From IMG/VR virus record IMGVR_UViG_2917849834_000002: DNA of 37,257 nt; one strand, given 5' to 3'. A model generated the notes under the pieces. That model worked only from the letters and a program-made list of their open reading frames with translations, was not told the DNA's origin and did no database searches. This document shows positions 16,415-26,351 of this stretch, in pieces. The translations under genes and the position numbers were made by a program. The DNA comes from a virus (taxonomy: Duplodnaviria; Heunggongvirae; Uroviricota; Caudoviricetes). Positions within the stretch are counted from its first letter, which is position 1. Each line of letters opens with the position of its first letter.

Positions 16415-16711
16415 TTACTCCTCTTTGTTCTCTTTCTCGCCCAGCTTCCGGCGCATATGACGCAGGAAGATTTCAACAATCTGGTAACCGGCAACGCCCA
16501 TTGCGGTGCCTGCGCCGGCAATGGCCAGTGGGTCAAGGTTCGGGTAGCGAACCAGCAGGGCAGCGGCAGAAACACCCAGCGCGCTCCCCAGCAGGGTTCG
16601 GCCCACAAACAACCGCAGCGTAATCGGCTCTGCGCCAGCCAGCACCCGACTTGCGGCAGCGATTCCGCCCAGAATGCCCAGAGTGATAATGGTGCGCTCA
16701 TGCTCCTGCAT
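16415..16711 (-). CDS. Holin (three predicted TM segments, charged C-terminus)
   Basis: 98 aa; three hydrophobic stretches then RHMRRKLGEKENKEE; immediately upstream of the endolysin. Confidence 0.6.
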   Translation of the reverse strand: MQEHERTIITLGILGGIAAASRVLAGAEPITLRLFVGRTLLGSALGVSAAALLVRYPNLDPLAIAGAGTAMGVAGYQIVEIFLRHMRRKLGEKENKEE

Positions 16712-16714
16712 GGT

Positions 16715-17170
16715 TCACCCCATCAGTCCGCGCACGTCGTTCTCTGAGAGAACGGGCACGCCGTTGATACGCACAAAGTCAGGGCTTGCCACCACGTACT
16801 TGATTTTGTGCGTGGTCAGATCTGCGCTCTCGGTGTCAATGCTTAACAGGCCGGAAAGCATCAGCTCACAACCGAAGGCTTCAACGCGGATTTCTTCGGT
16901 TCCCGTATTGGCGTAAAACACAAAATCCATTGGCGGCAGGTCACGCCACGATCCCGCCTGAGCAGCCACTTCCCCGAGCTGGTTAAAGCTGCGGGTACTC
17001 ATTTCGATTTCACCTTCGGCACTGACAGGGCCGCGCAGTTTGCCGTCAGGGATGCCACGGGTTTTGGCAACGGCGCTTTCATCGCTGATGTCCAGTGAGA
17101 TGCTTTTCACATGGATATCCGTTCCACCGATAAAAGTGTCAAACGCCATGCCGTTAATGCGGGTCGTCAT
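16715..17170 (-). CDS. Tail tube protein
   Basis: 151 aa directly downstream of and ATGA-coupled to the sheath gene. Confidence 0.55.
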   Translation of the reverse strand: MTTRINGMAFDTFIGGTDIHVKSISLDISDESAVAKTRGIPDGKLRGPVSAEGEIEMSTRSFNQLGEVAAQAGSWRDLPPMDFVFYANTGTEEIRVEAFGCELMLSGLLSIDTESADLTTHKIKYVVASPDFVRINGVPVLSENDVRGLMG

Positions 17171-18315
17171 GCGTTTTCCTCCAGAGATTTATCCAGCTGA
17201 ATGCCCACTTTGATGGTTTTAGGGCAGGCGTAAGGGCGGACGACAATGCTGATGCTGACCGTCTTTTCGTTCTGCCAGGTGATAACCACGTCGCCTTTCC
17301 GGGGCGATTTCACTTCGCCCGGAAACGTGATGCCGTTAATTTGCATGGATTTCGCCATGGCACGCAGTGGGCGGGCAAACAGCGTTTCATGTGCGGCAAT
17401 GCTGCCCGGCGTGCTGTTCAGCGAGCGGTCGGCAATCTTGGGGATGGCCATCAGCCGCACGCGGCGCGCCACCTTATCAGCAATGCGGACATGCTCAATG
17501 ACGTTGTAGTCCCCGCCTTCCACCTCAAGTGTTACACCGTCAGCCCAGTAAAGGCCGTCATAGTCGGCATACCACATGGGCACGCTGTAGCGGGCGGTTG
17601 CCAGTGCCTGCAGAGTGTCGAGATCAATTGCCTGCCCTGTGCTGTCTTTCGGGCGTTCTGTGGTTTTCAGTGCGGACAGGGGCCCGGTTGCCACACGTGC
17701 TGGACTGTCAGCAATGGTGACGGCGCTGTTACACAGGCGACCGGCAAGAACGCCCGGTTCAAATCCAAAAATCTCCGGAACCAGCATGACCTGCGGGGCT
17801 GCAATGCCTTTCTGTAGTGCGGTCAGTTCGGCAACGTATTCCGCCCAGGTTTTACTGTTGTCGTTGGCGGCGATGGTCAGGATGAACCAGATGCGGCGCT
17901 GATATTTATTGATGATGGTCTGACGTAACGCCTGTATGGCGTTGATGTCATCCTGCGTGCTGACCGGCTCGGTGATCACCACGCCTTCAACTGAAACAGT
18001 TTCCTGAGCCGCCAGTATGGCGTTCTGCCATACCTGGCAGGCTGGCGTTGCTTCTTTGCCTTTGCCGGCTTCCGGCAGAACGGCAACATAGAAAAAGGCA
18101 TTCTGTCCGGCATTGGTCAGTGCAGACTGAAGGAAGTTTTTCAGCGGGCTGGCGTTCTTTCCCAGTAGCTCATCCAGATCGCTGTTGGCATTAACCGGCA
18201 GAACCTCACCTTTGTTGTTTTGTGCATTGCCCACAAACAGCAGCGTATTTTCCACGCCGTCCGGTGAACTGCTGAATGTGTTGTACTGTTCAATCGTGAC
18301 AGATGGCCATGTCAT
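17167..18315 (-). CDS. Tail sheath protein
   Basis: About 383 aa from ATG at 18315 (SD AGGAGA 6 nt upstream; the ORF extends to 18447); size and position before the tube gene. Confidence 0.6.
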   Translation of the reverse strand: MTWPSVTIEQYNTFSSSPDGVENTLLFVGNAQNNKGEVLPVNANSDLDELLGKNASPLKNFLQSALTNAGQNAFFYVAVLPEAGKGKEATPACQVWQNAILAAQETVSVEGVVITEPVSTQDDINAIQALRQTIINKYQRRIWFILTIAANDNSKTWAEYVAELTALQKGIAAPQVMLVPEIFGFEPGVLAGRLCNSAVTIADSPARVATGPLSALKTTERPKDSTGQAIDLDTLQALATARYSVPMWYADYDGLYWADGVTLEVEGGDYNVIEHVRIADKVARRVRLMAIPKIADRSLNSTPGSIAAHETLFARPLRAMAKSMQINGITFPGEVKSPRKGDVVITWQNEKTVSISIVVRPYACPKTIKVGIQLDKSLEENA

Positions 18316-18334
18316 GGTTTGTCTCCTGATTTTG

Positions 18335-19048
18335 TTATCTCGTGCCGCCGTAATGCAGGCTGCGCAGCTGCGCTTCCAGAATGCGGGCAAATTCAGCATC
18401 GCTGGCTCCCAGAAATGCGCGGGAGGGGATTTTGATTTCCCATACACGTTTTTTCTGCTCGCCTTTCAGAATGCTGATCACCAGTCCGGCCTGCGCCATA
18501 CTCATGTTTTCCATAATCCATTTCAGAGAAGGCTTTCTGCGTCCCCTGCGTCCGGTTTTTTTGCTGACTGCGCCGACGGGGGCCCGAAAGCCCAGAGAAA
18601 GAAGGCGTTCTGCCTGCCGTCGTGTGGCGGGACGGGTGCGCATGGCTTCGCTGTCCCGGCGTTTTGTGGCGCGGCCTTTGATGGTTGCGCCGTGCTGTTG
18701 CACCCACGCGACCGCCCCACCATGAGAGCCGGTGTTGTAATCCCCTTTTTTGAAGAAAAGGCGGACACTTTTCCCGCTGCCGTCAACCCTGATGGCCAGC
18801 AATTTCGGCAGTCCCAGCAGCATTTTGTTTTTATACCTGCCGCTGGCTTTATCCGGTCTTTTTCGTGGTGCCCAGGCTGCCCCCTCCGGTGTTCGCTGTG
18901 CTTTCACATTGCGTCGTGCAGCCGGTCTCAGGCCGTATTTCGCAATGCGAACCAGCAGCTTTCTGGCCTTTGCCGGCGGAAGTTCTGCCTCTCTGATGGC
19001 GCGACGAACCTGCCGGAGTTGTGACTCGTTAATCACGGGGCTCGTCAT
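18335..19048 (-). CDS. Virion morphogenesis / tail completion protein (gpS-like)
   Basis: 237 aa, basic; positioned between the R-like and sheath genes; ATGA-coupled to the R-like gene. Confidence 0.45.
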   Translation of the reverse strand: MTSPVINESQLRQVRRAIREAELPPAKARKLLVRIAKYGLRPAARRNVKAQRTPEGAAWAPRKRPDKASGRYKNKMLLGLPKLLAIRVDGSGKSVRLFFKKGDYNTGSHGGAVAWVQQHGATIKGRATKRRDSEAMRTRPATRRQAERLLSLGFRAPVGAVSKKTGRRGRRKPSLKWIMENMSMAQAGLVISILKGEQKKRVWEIKIPSRAFLGASDAEFARILEAQLRSLHYGGTR

Positions 19049-19518
19049 GGCATCACCTGGCAGTGAAGCTGATGCGCCTGAGCCACCCAGATTTCAGGCT
19101 TTTCCAGCTGGTAACGTTTCCCGCCTCTGGGGATGGGGCCGTTTTCGTCCTCAACCAGGGTGATGGGATCAACCAGCGGCAGACTGATTTCCAGCCATGC
19201 CACTTCATTTTCATCATCCACTTCGACGTCAACGGCTGGCGCATCCGGTGCCAGGCGCTGGCGCAGGTCGCCGCCGTTGTCTGCCAGCCAGGCTTCAACC
19301 AGAGAAAACACCAAATCCGGATTGAGCTGACGATAGGGCCATGCGTCCCATCGCAGAAAAGCCGTATATTTTCGGACCTGCGTACATAACTGCCCGTGCC
19401 CCAGCGACTTCGTAAACGGAACGAGCGTGATGTCATCCATGTCACTGGTGAACGGAATGCGTGCGCGTGCCGGCAGATTGTTTTCAATGAATGCCGTCAG
19501 GCTGGCGAGTTGCGTCAT
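19045..19518 (-). CDS. Tail completion protein (gpR-like)
   Basis: 157 aa; immediately after the head-completion gene, size close to P2 gpR. Confidence 0.45.
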   Translation of the reverse strand: MTQLASLTAFIENNLPARARIPFTSDMDDITLVPFTKSLGHGQLCTQVRKYTAFLRWDAWPYRQLNPDLVFSLVEAWLADNGGDLRQRLAPDAPAVDVEVDDENEVAWLEISLPLVDPITLVEDENGPIPRGGKRYQLEKPEIWVAQAHQLHCQVMP

Positions 19519-19527
19519 ACCATTTCC

Positions 19528-20022
19528 TTAATCAATCAGCGCGATGGATGCACGCGGTCGGCCCAGCAGCGCCCGCACCGCCATGGCCGCTTCAGCCAGC
19601 AATGTCCGGCGGCTTTCGCTGGCTTCTGATGATGGCTGCGCCTCGCGCCGCCCCACGCTGGCAGATTCCGGCAAAAGATCGGCCTTTGCGCGGGCATACA
19701 CAGCCTTGGTGTACAGTGCTGTAATGTGGTTCTGCATCCGTTCAGGTTGTGCATCCGTATTGCGCGGCTCTGGTTGCAACACGGTGTAACCCGGAATATC
19801 AGCGGCCCGGATGTGGCCCTGTTCCTGCCAGTATTCACGGCGTGCAGCCAGTTCAGTGTTAATCTCTGTTACCGCGCAAAGCAGCGCCGTCAGCACCGTT
19901 TCGTGTGACGTGACGGCGGGGATGCTGCGGCTCTTTTCAAAATCGCCGGCATCAATATCCGGCCAGAATCCATCGTTCTGAATAATGGCCTGCTGATAGT
20001 GAATGCTTTTCCCGTCAAACAT
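19528..20022 (-). CDS. L: Head completion protein (gpL-like)
   Basis: About 164 aa from ATG at 20022 (the ORF extends to 20217); downstream of the small terminase subunit, as in P2. Confidence 0.65.
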   Translation of the reverse strand: MFDGKSIHYQQAIIQNDGFWPDIDAGDFEKSRSIPAVTSHETVLTALLCAVTEINTELAARREYWQEQGHIRAADIPGYTVLQPEPRNTDAQPERMQNHITALYTKAVYARAKADLLPESASVGRREAQPSSEASESRRTLLAEAAMAVRALLGRPRASIALID

Positions 20023-20120
20023 GCTCACTCCGGGGAAAGGCGGGCTGACCGGTTTCCGCAGTGTGCTGATGGCTTTTGCCGGCACACCTCCACCGCGCCC
20101 GCCCGGTTGTTGGGAGTCGT

Positions 20121-20831
20121 TTACGTGCCCTGCAACGCGCGCAGTCTTGCGGCAATGCGCTGGCGCAGGGTTTTCACCTGAATTTTTGGATGCAGCCAGG
20201 CAGCTCGTTCCAGACACTGGTCGGCCTGTTGCAGTCTCTCCGGATCGTTAATTGCACTGGCCAGCGGTTTACCGTCATCGCCGCGCAGCAGCAGGACGCC
20301 TGCAAAGCGCCAGTAGCGGGCAGCAAGGCGTTCATTCACGCGCCATTTGTCACGGATTTTTTCAAACACCTGCTGAAAATATGGCGCGATACTGTTCCCG
20401 CGTTCAGCTTCGGTTTCTGCCCATTCAAGAATGAAATGGGCCACAAACGTTGGCAGCTCGCTTTTGAAGTTCTCCGGCGTCTTCTGTCCCTGCTCAATGG
20501 CAATGTCAGCCCACCGTAGCGCCATCTCAAACTGCCCGGTATCGAACAGCCAGATGATGCAGTACACCAGAATGGGATTCTGATAGACGCGTTCCCCCTC
20601 CAGATAAGCCTGTGCGTGTGGCAGCCAGCGGGGCAGCAGCGTGTTCCGTTTGAATTCCAGCTTGTCAGACAGCAGCTCCATGTTGTGCAGTTGTCTGATG
20701 TCGTTATCCAGTGCCAGCAGCTTAATGTGCTGACTCTCTGTGCTGATGGCGCTCCCGTCCGTTCTGGTCATGAGCGCCGCACGGCGCTCATCCATCTGTC
20801 GGGCACGTTGTCGCTGCATTGGCGTTGGCAT
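20121..20831 (-). CDS. M: Terminase small (endonuclease) subunit, gpM-like
   Basis: 236 aa in P2 order O-N-M-L. Confidence 0.75.
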   Translation of the reverse strand: MPTPMQRQRARQMDERRAALMTRTDGSAISTESQHIKLLALDNDIRQLHNMELLSDKLEFKRNTLLPRWLPHAQAYLEGERVYQNPILVYCIIWLFDTGQFEMALRWADIAIEQGQKTPENFKSELPTFVAHFILEWAETEAERGNSIAPYFQQVFEKIRDKWRVNERLAARYWRFAGVLLLRGDDGKPLASAINDPERLQQADQCLERAAWLHPKIQVKTLRQRIAARLRALQGT

Positions 20832-20848
20832 ACCGTGCGCTCCGTTTA

Positions 20849-21862
20849 TCAGGCGATGGTGACCGCAGACTCATCCACGGCAGCATATAAATCCGGATCG
20901 CCCAGGGCGTACCCCTCGTAACGCCAGTATGAGTTTTCGAACTGTTTGCGATCGCCCACATCTTCTGCCTTGCGGCGGCGGGAGCCTTTCAGCGTCAGGA
21001 TCTGCAGGTTTGGCAGCATGGTCACCACCATACGTTTGCCCGGCATAAACGGCGGAATGATGGCCTTGCGGCCTGCAATGTTCTTCGTCAGCAACTGTGC
21101 GGCCACTTTTTCGGTAGGCTTATCCTCTTTGTTGTAGAGGCGTAGTTCTTCAGCAGCCACAAGGTCTGCGCCGACCAGTACGGTAAGTCGTGGGTCGTTG
21201 TGATACTGTGCCGGGATGTAAGTGCGGATCAGGTCTGAGGCCATGGCATCAAGACCGACATAATCGCCGCCTTCGCCCAGGGTAACGGCGTCTGTCAGAA
21301 TACGGGAGGTATTGCCGGGCTGTTCTCCCCACTTTTTGGCGATTTCATGCCAGCCGATGTTGACGTCCTCGCCGTTCGGATGGCTTTCAGGATCGGAGTT
21401 TTCCGCTGCTGTTTTACCGTTAAAGCCAATGCGCAGCATATCCAGCGCAAAGTTGGTAACGGCTGCGGAGTTCATCAGGTTGAAAAATTCCTGCGGGCTG
21501 CCAGCATTCGCCCAGATGGCGAGTTGTTCCCAGGTGATCACGCAGCAGGAATCAGTTTCAACGAGTTTAAATTCGTTGCCTTTGATGCCTGAACCTTTGG
21601 CGAAACGACCGCTTTTCACGCGACCGGTGCGCAGCGTGGATTCACCCACGGTGACGACCTGTCCCTGCGGGTGCGGAACGTCCATGCAGGTGATGAAACT
21701 CAGAAACTCGGTGCTTTCCAGCAGGGCTTTACGCAGGGCAATGCTGCGCGGTTCGGTCAGAGAAAAAGCGCGATCACCTGAGGCAGCGCAGTCACTGAAT
21801 GTTTTTTGCAATTCGCTGAGGTACTGATTAACCAGCTTTTGTGCTTCTGGTGTCATGTTCAT
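20849..21862 (-). CDS. N: Major capsid protein, gpN-like
   Basis: 337 aa between scaffold and small terminase genes. Confidence 0.8.
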   Translation of the reverse strand: MNMTPEAQKLVNQYLSELQKTFSDCAASGDRAFSLTEPRSIALRKALLESTEFLSFITCMDVPHPQGQVVTVGESTLRTGRVKSGRFAKGSGIKGNEFKLVETDSCCVITWEQLAIWANAGSPQEFFNLMNSAAVTNFALDMLRIGFNGKTAAENSDPESHPNGEDVNIGWHEIAKKWGEQPGNTSRILTDAVTLGEGGDYVGLDAMASDLIRTYIPAQYHNDPRLTVLVGADLVAAEELRLYNKEDKPTEKVAAQLLTKNIAGRKAIIPPFMPGKRMVVTMLPNLQILTLKGSRRRKAEDVGDRKQFENSYWRYEGYALGDPDLYAAVDESAVTIA

Positions 21863-21876
21863 TGCGTTCTCTCCGG

Positions 21877-22758
21877 TTACACCAGGTTAAAAGTTTCGCC
21901 ACCGGCCGGATTGTTACCCGGCAGCTTCGTGGCATCCTTGCTGAGTTCAGCAAATGCGGTTTCCATGCTGGTGACTTTCTCCGCGATGGCGTTCACCGTG
22001 GAGAACAGCTTTTCACCCTGCTCGGTGGTCAGCGTGAAGGTTTTGTCGTCCTTGTTGTTCTGTTCTGCGTTGTCCTGCCCCTGATCGCCAGTGCTGCCTT
22101 CCGGCTTGTTATCACCGGTATTTTTCGGGGCATCCTTCGCGCTGAACTGCGCGACGTTTTCTTCCAGTTTGTCCAGGCGTTCGCCGGTTTTGTTGATGGC
22201 GTCCATTAACTGACCGAACTGTTTTTCGTTCATATCGTTTTCCTGTTTGAATGGCCAGAGCTGTGAGAACCATGCCTTTTTGGCTATCTCGTCATCTGAC
22301 TGTAATGTGAAACAAAGTTCCTCCACGTTTCCCGTGCGAATAGCTTCGCCCTGTGAAAATTGCAGGCGGGTGGTGTGGATGCTGGCAGGGGTGTCGGTTA
22401 CTGTGAGGGCGCGGAGATAAAACTTTCCCGTTCCCATGTAATTTTCACCAACATCAATAGAGGTAAACAGCTTTTGCCCCGCTTTATTCGCCTCAAGTAA
22501 AAAGCGATTTGGCGTAATGCGGGCCTTGAGCTGAATTTTGTCGCCGAATTTCTCTGTTTTGAGTGCATCCACATGACCGTAATTATCAACAAACTGATAA
22601 GTGTAGGGGGATGCATGAAATGGCCAGAGCATGGCAGTGCGCTCGTCAGCGTTGTAAACCTCCGCCGCATCTGTCAGCCATTTGGGATCAATCTCCCGCC
22701 CGTCAACGGTCGGGCCTGATGTGGCTATCACTATCCAGTCTGTTTTTTGTTTCGTCAT
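21877..22758 (-). CDS. O: Capsid scaffolding protein, gpO-like
   Basis: ATG at 22758 (the track ORF starts at an upstream TTG); acidic Lys/Glu/Asp-rich C-terminal half; divergent from P. Confidence 0.75.
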   Translation of the reverse strand: MTKQKTDWIVIATSGPTVDGREIDPKWLTDAAEVYNADERTAMLWPFHASPYTYQFVDNYGHVDALKTEKFGDKIQLKARITPNRFLLEANKAGQKLFTSIDVGENYMGTGKFYLRALTVTDTPASIHTTRLQFSQGEAIRTGNVEELCFTLQSDDEIAKKAWFSQLWPFKQENDMNEKQFGQLMDAINKTGERLDKLEENVAQFSAKDAPKNTGDNKPEGSTGDQGQDNAEQNNKDDKTFTLTTEQGEKLFSTVNAIAEKVTSMETAFAELSKDATKLPGNNPAGGETFNLV

Positions 22759-22840
22759 CTGAATCAACCCGCTGATAAAAATTAACTGGTGTTATTTAAG
22801 AGGGAAATAAAAAAAACGTCACCTGATTAATTTCCGGTAA

Positions 22841-22866
22841 TTTCGGATATGCGCACATATCCGAAA
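22841..22866. promoter_or_regulatory. 26-bp palindrome in the divergent late-promoter region; candidate activator site
   Basis: TTTCGGATATG cgca CATATCCGAAA (11-bp arms, 4-bp spacer) in the 193-bp gap between the O and P starts. Confidence 0.4.
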
Positions 22867-22951
22867 AATACCGAAAAGAGATATTCGTTTTTAAAAAAAC
22901 CTTTGCTGAAAATGCATAAATTAAAATTGCATCAGCAGGTGAGGTTTATTT

Positions 22952-24739
22952 ATGGCGTATTCTGATGAGGTGATTGCTGCTGCAAAATCGCTCTATCTGA
23001 AAAGACACACACCAAAAGAAATACAAAAAAAACTCGGACTGAACAGTCCGCGAATTGTTTATTACTGGGCGACAAAATTTGAGTGGTACACGCAGCTTAA
23101 TACTGAAGGCGTGGAGGATGTTATCGCCCGTCGTCTCGCTGTACTGGCGGAGCGTGATCATAAAACGCCGGAAGAACACGATGAACTCGATCGCCTGATT
23201 GGCCATCACGTCAAACTGATGTCGGTCAGGAACAAGCACACGGAACGAATGGCCGAGATTGAACGAATGGGAGCGGATATTCCCCAGTCTGGTCGTTATG
23301 GAAAAGAAGAACGCGGAGAAAAAGGTGCAGGTAAGAAAGAGCGCCCCCGCAAAGCTAATGACGTTTCCGGACTGACAGCGGAAAGTTTTGAGCCGTTTAC
23401 GAAAAAATTGTTTGCTTATCAGTTGCGCCTGCGTGAAAACAAATTCCGCCGTGTGCGCAACCTGCTTAAATCCCGCCAGATTGGGGCGACGTATTACTTC
23501 GCGTTTGAGGCATTTGAAGATGCAGTATTAACCGGCGACACACAGATATTTTTATCGGCATCAAAACGTCAGGCCGAAGTGTTCCGTACTTATATTGTAA
23601 AAATTGCACAAACAGAGTTTGGTATTCCCATTAAAGGCAATCCGGTTAAGTTAAGTAACCTGGCTGAACTGTATTTTCTGGCGACCAACAGTAACACAGC
23701 GCAGTCAAACAGCGGCCACCTGTATATTGATGAATACCTGTGGATCCCCGGTTTTCGCCGTCTCAATGAAGTGGCATCAGGGATGGCCACCCATAAACAC
23801 TGGCGCATTACCTATTTCTCCACGCCGTCATCCAAAACACACCAGGGTTACCCGTTCTGGTCTGGCGATGAATGGCGCAAAGGCGATCCGAAACGAAAAG
23901 GGGTTGAGTTTCCGTCCTTTGATGAGCTGCGCGATGGTGGGCGTGAATGTCCGGATGGTCAGTGGCGCTATGTGGTTACGCTGGAAGATGCTATTGCCGG
24001 CGGTTTTAACCTTGCTGACATCAACGAGCTGCGCGAGCGATACAACGAAACAGCGTTCAATATGCTGTTTATGTGCGTGTTTGTGGATGACAAAGAGAGC
24101 GTCTTTAAATTCGATGATCTTGTGCGTTGTGGTGTTGATGTCAGTACGTGGGAGGATTATCACCCGGAAGAGTCCATGCCATTTGGTAACCGTGAGGTGT
24201 GGGGCGGCTTTGACCCGGCGCGCTCCGGCGATAACGCCACATTTGTTGTGCTGGCACCGCCGCTGGTTGCGGCAGAACGATTCCGCGTGCTGGAAAAACA
24301 CCACTGGCGCAGCATGTCATTCCAGTTTATGGCAGAGCGTATCCGCAGCATTAAGGCGCGCTATAACATGACGTTTATCGGCATTGACGTCACCGGTCTT
24401 GGTTACGGTGTCTTTGAGCTGGTTCAGGGATTTGCCCGCCGTGAAACAGTGGCCATTCATTACAGCGTGGAATCCAAAAACCGCCTGGTGATGAAGATGC
24501 TGGATCTGATTTACGCCAACCGTATTGAGTGGGATGAGGAAGCCACGGATATTCCGGCATCGTTCCTGGCCATTCGTCAGGAATCCACCAACAGCGGCAA
24601 TAAAGTCACTTTCACCGCCGAACGTAGCGAAGAAACCGGGCACGCTGACATCTTCTTTGCCATAGCTCATGCCGCAAGTAATGAACCCCTGAACTATAAG
24701 CACAAGCGCAAATCAACATGGATCCTGTCAGATGAGTAA
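22952..24739 (+). CDS. P: Terminase large (ATPase) subunit, gpP-like
   Basis: 595 aa; Walker A-like KSRQIGATYYF; overlaps the portal gene start by 8 nt. Confidence 0.9.
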   Translation: MAYSDEVIAAAKSLYLKRHTPKEIQKKLGLNSPRIVYYWATKFEWYTQLNTEGVEDVIARRLAVLAERDHKTPEEHDELDRLIGHHVKLMSVRNKHTERMAEIERMGADIPQSGRYGKEERGEKGAGKKERPRKANDVSGLTAESFEPFTKKLFAYQLRLRENKFRRVRNLLKSRQIGATYYFAFEAFEDAVLTGDTQIFLSASKRQAEVFRTYIVKIAQTEFGIPIKGNPVKLSNLAELYFLATNSNTAQSNSGHLYIDEYLWIPGFRRLNEVASGMATHKHWRITYFSTPSSKTHQGYPFWSGDEWRKGDPKRKGVEFPSFDELRDGGRECPDGQWRYVVTLEDAIAGGFNLADINELRERYNETAFNMLFMCVFVDDKESVFKFDDLVRCGVDVSTWEDYHPEESMPFGNREVWGGFDPARSGDNATFVVLAPPLVAAERFRVLEKHHWRSMSFQFMAERIRSIKARYNMTFIGIDVTGLGYGVFELVQGFARRETVAIHYSVESKNRLVMKMLDLIYANRIEWDEEATDIPASFLAIRQESTNSGNKVTFTAERSEETGHADIFFAIAHAASNEPLNYKHKRKSTWILSDE

Positions 24740-25766
24740 AAAGAAAAAATACCCCGTGTTACACGATGGCGTAGCAAAAAAAACAGCCAGCAAAATGACG
24801 TTTATTGAATTTGGTGACCCGGAACCGGTCGCTGCATGGGGCTGTTATTACGGCTCGCTCTGGGATGGTTATAACGGCTGGTACACGCCGCCCATTGAGC
24901 GCATGGATCTCGCTATGTTGGCCAATATCGCACCGTATCACGGCGCGGTACTGCGTGCACGCGTCAATATGATCATGCAGGGTTTTCGTGGGGGTGGTGG
25001 TATGACACACGCCGCCATGGCGGCAGCGGTGACCAATCTGCTGATATTCGGGGATATGGGACTGCTTAAAGTGCGCAATGGCTTCGGGCGGGTGGTGCGC
25101 CTGCATACGTTGCCTTCTCTGTACCTGCGGCGTAACAACGAGGGTGGCACGGTGATTGTGCAGGCAGCACTGGAAGATCTCGTTTACCCGCCAGGCGAAG
25201 TGGTGTTCGTGGCTATTTATGACCCGCAACAGCAGGTTTACGGTGTTCCGGATTATATCCACGGGATGGAATCCGCCATGCTGAATGTGGATGCCACCCG
25301 CTTTCGCCGCAAGTATTACAAGAACGGCGCACATCTTGGTTATATCCTGTATTCCACTGACCCGGACATGGACCCCGAGCTCGAGGCGGAATTCCGTAAA
25401 AAGATAGAGGCGTCAAAAGGGGCGGGCAATTTTAAATCCATGTTTATCAATATACCTGGCGGAGACAAAGAAGGCGTTAAGGTGATCCCTATCGGGGATT
25501 CAGGTACAAAAGATGAGTTCCTGAATATAAAAACCATCAGTGCCCAGGATCAGCTCGTTGCACACCGTTTTCCACCCGGACTTGCCGGCATCATTCCCGC
25601 AAATACGGCCGGGCTTGGTGATCCGCTGAAATCCCGCGAGGCATATTACAGAGATGAGGTTATTCCGATGCGCCGCCTGATTATGGAGGGAATCAACAGT
25701 GACCCGGATATCAGGCGACTGGGGGAGGTGAAATTTATTCTTGATTTTGATGAACCCCGGGAGTGA
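24732..25766 (+). CDS. Q: Portal protein, gpQ-like
   Basis: 344 aa, the size of P2 gpQ; directly downstream of the large terminase. Confidence 0.85.
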   Translation: MSKKKKYPVLHDGVAKKTASKMTFIEFGDPEPVAAWGCYYGSLWDGYNGWYTPPIERMDLAMLANIAPYHGAVLRARVNMIMQGFRGGGGMTHAAMAAAVTNLLIFGDMGLLKVRNGFGRVVRLHTLPSLYLRRNNEGGTVIVQAALEDLVYPPGEVVFVAIYDPQQQVYGVPDYIHGMESAMLNVDATRFRRKYYKNGAHLGYILYSTDPDMDPELEAEFRKKIEASKGAGNFKSMFINIPGGDKEGVKVIPIGDSGTKDEFLNIKTISAQDQLVAHRFPPGLAGIIPANTAGLGDPLKSREAYYRDEVIPMRRLIMEGINSDPDIRRLGEVKFILDFDEPRE

Positions 25767-25831
25767 TGTGCGACATGCGAAAAGAGCGGGTAAAATCAGC
25801 AGCAGGAAAACGCTGCCCCGGGAGGTGGAAA

Positions 25832-26089
25832 ATGCGCAGACAAAAAGCGCGGTGTTTTTGCTGTGGCGAACGCGCAGTGATTGAGAAGACCTTCTGGAAA
25901 GATGATCGCTTTGCAGATGTTTATTACCGTTGCACCCATCTCGAGTGCGGGCACACCTGGGTGATGAACCTGACCTACTCGCACACACTGGTGCCCAGCG
26001 GGCTGGAGAATGGCGTGTTAAAGCTGTTGATTGAACGAATGCGCCCGGAAGAAAAACAGATGGCGCTGGAGCTGTTGCAGGCCGGGTAA
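25832..26089 (+). CDS. Ogr/Delta-family zinc-finger protein (putative late-gene activator)
   Basis: 85 aa from ATG at 25832 (SD GGAGG 6 nt upstream); CxxC-22 aa-CxxxxC (CFCC ... CTHLEC) matches Ogr spacing. Confidence 0.55.
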   Translation: MRRQKARCFCCGERAVIEKTFWKDDRFADVYYRCTHLECGHTWVMNLTYSHTLVPSGLENGVLKLLIERMRPEEKQMALELLQAG

Positions 26090-26322
26090 TGGGGATAGCA
26101 TGAGGTTTGTGCCAACCTCTCAGCTGGCGTGGTTGGAGTCCCAGTCTGACGACGAAGTGACCAACTAGGCGGTATCAACTTTTTTGGGGGAGCCGCCTCT
26201 GAATCCCCAAAACCTTACAATACAGTTTGCAGGCGAAAGATAATGCTTAATAAATTTAAGCTCAACGATAAAGTTATTTTCCCTGCTACGGTGACTGACG
26301 CGCTTCGCTTGTCTGCTGCTTC

Positions 26323-26351
26323 GCCGGGGCATAAAGGATTTATGCCCCGGC
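26323..26351. promoter_or_regulatory. Perfect 13-bp-arm palindrome between convergent ogr-like and parR genes
   Basis: GCCGGGGCATAAA gga TTTATGCCCCGGC; no flanking T-tract; lies in the region where cos is expected by synteny. Confidence 0.4.

Noticed and set aside
18185-19024. 279-aa plus-strand ORF across the S-like and sheath genes
   Set aside because: Fully antisense to two syntenic tail genes; Cys/Arg-rich composition; no SD.
23727-24371. 214-aa plus-strand alternative-frame ORF inside the large terminase gene
   Set aside because: Overlaps the terminase ORF in another frame; Cys/Trp-rich; no independent start signal.
24759-25334. 191-aa minus-strand ORF inside the portal gene
   Set aside because: Antisense to the portal gene; His/Cys-rich; no SD.
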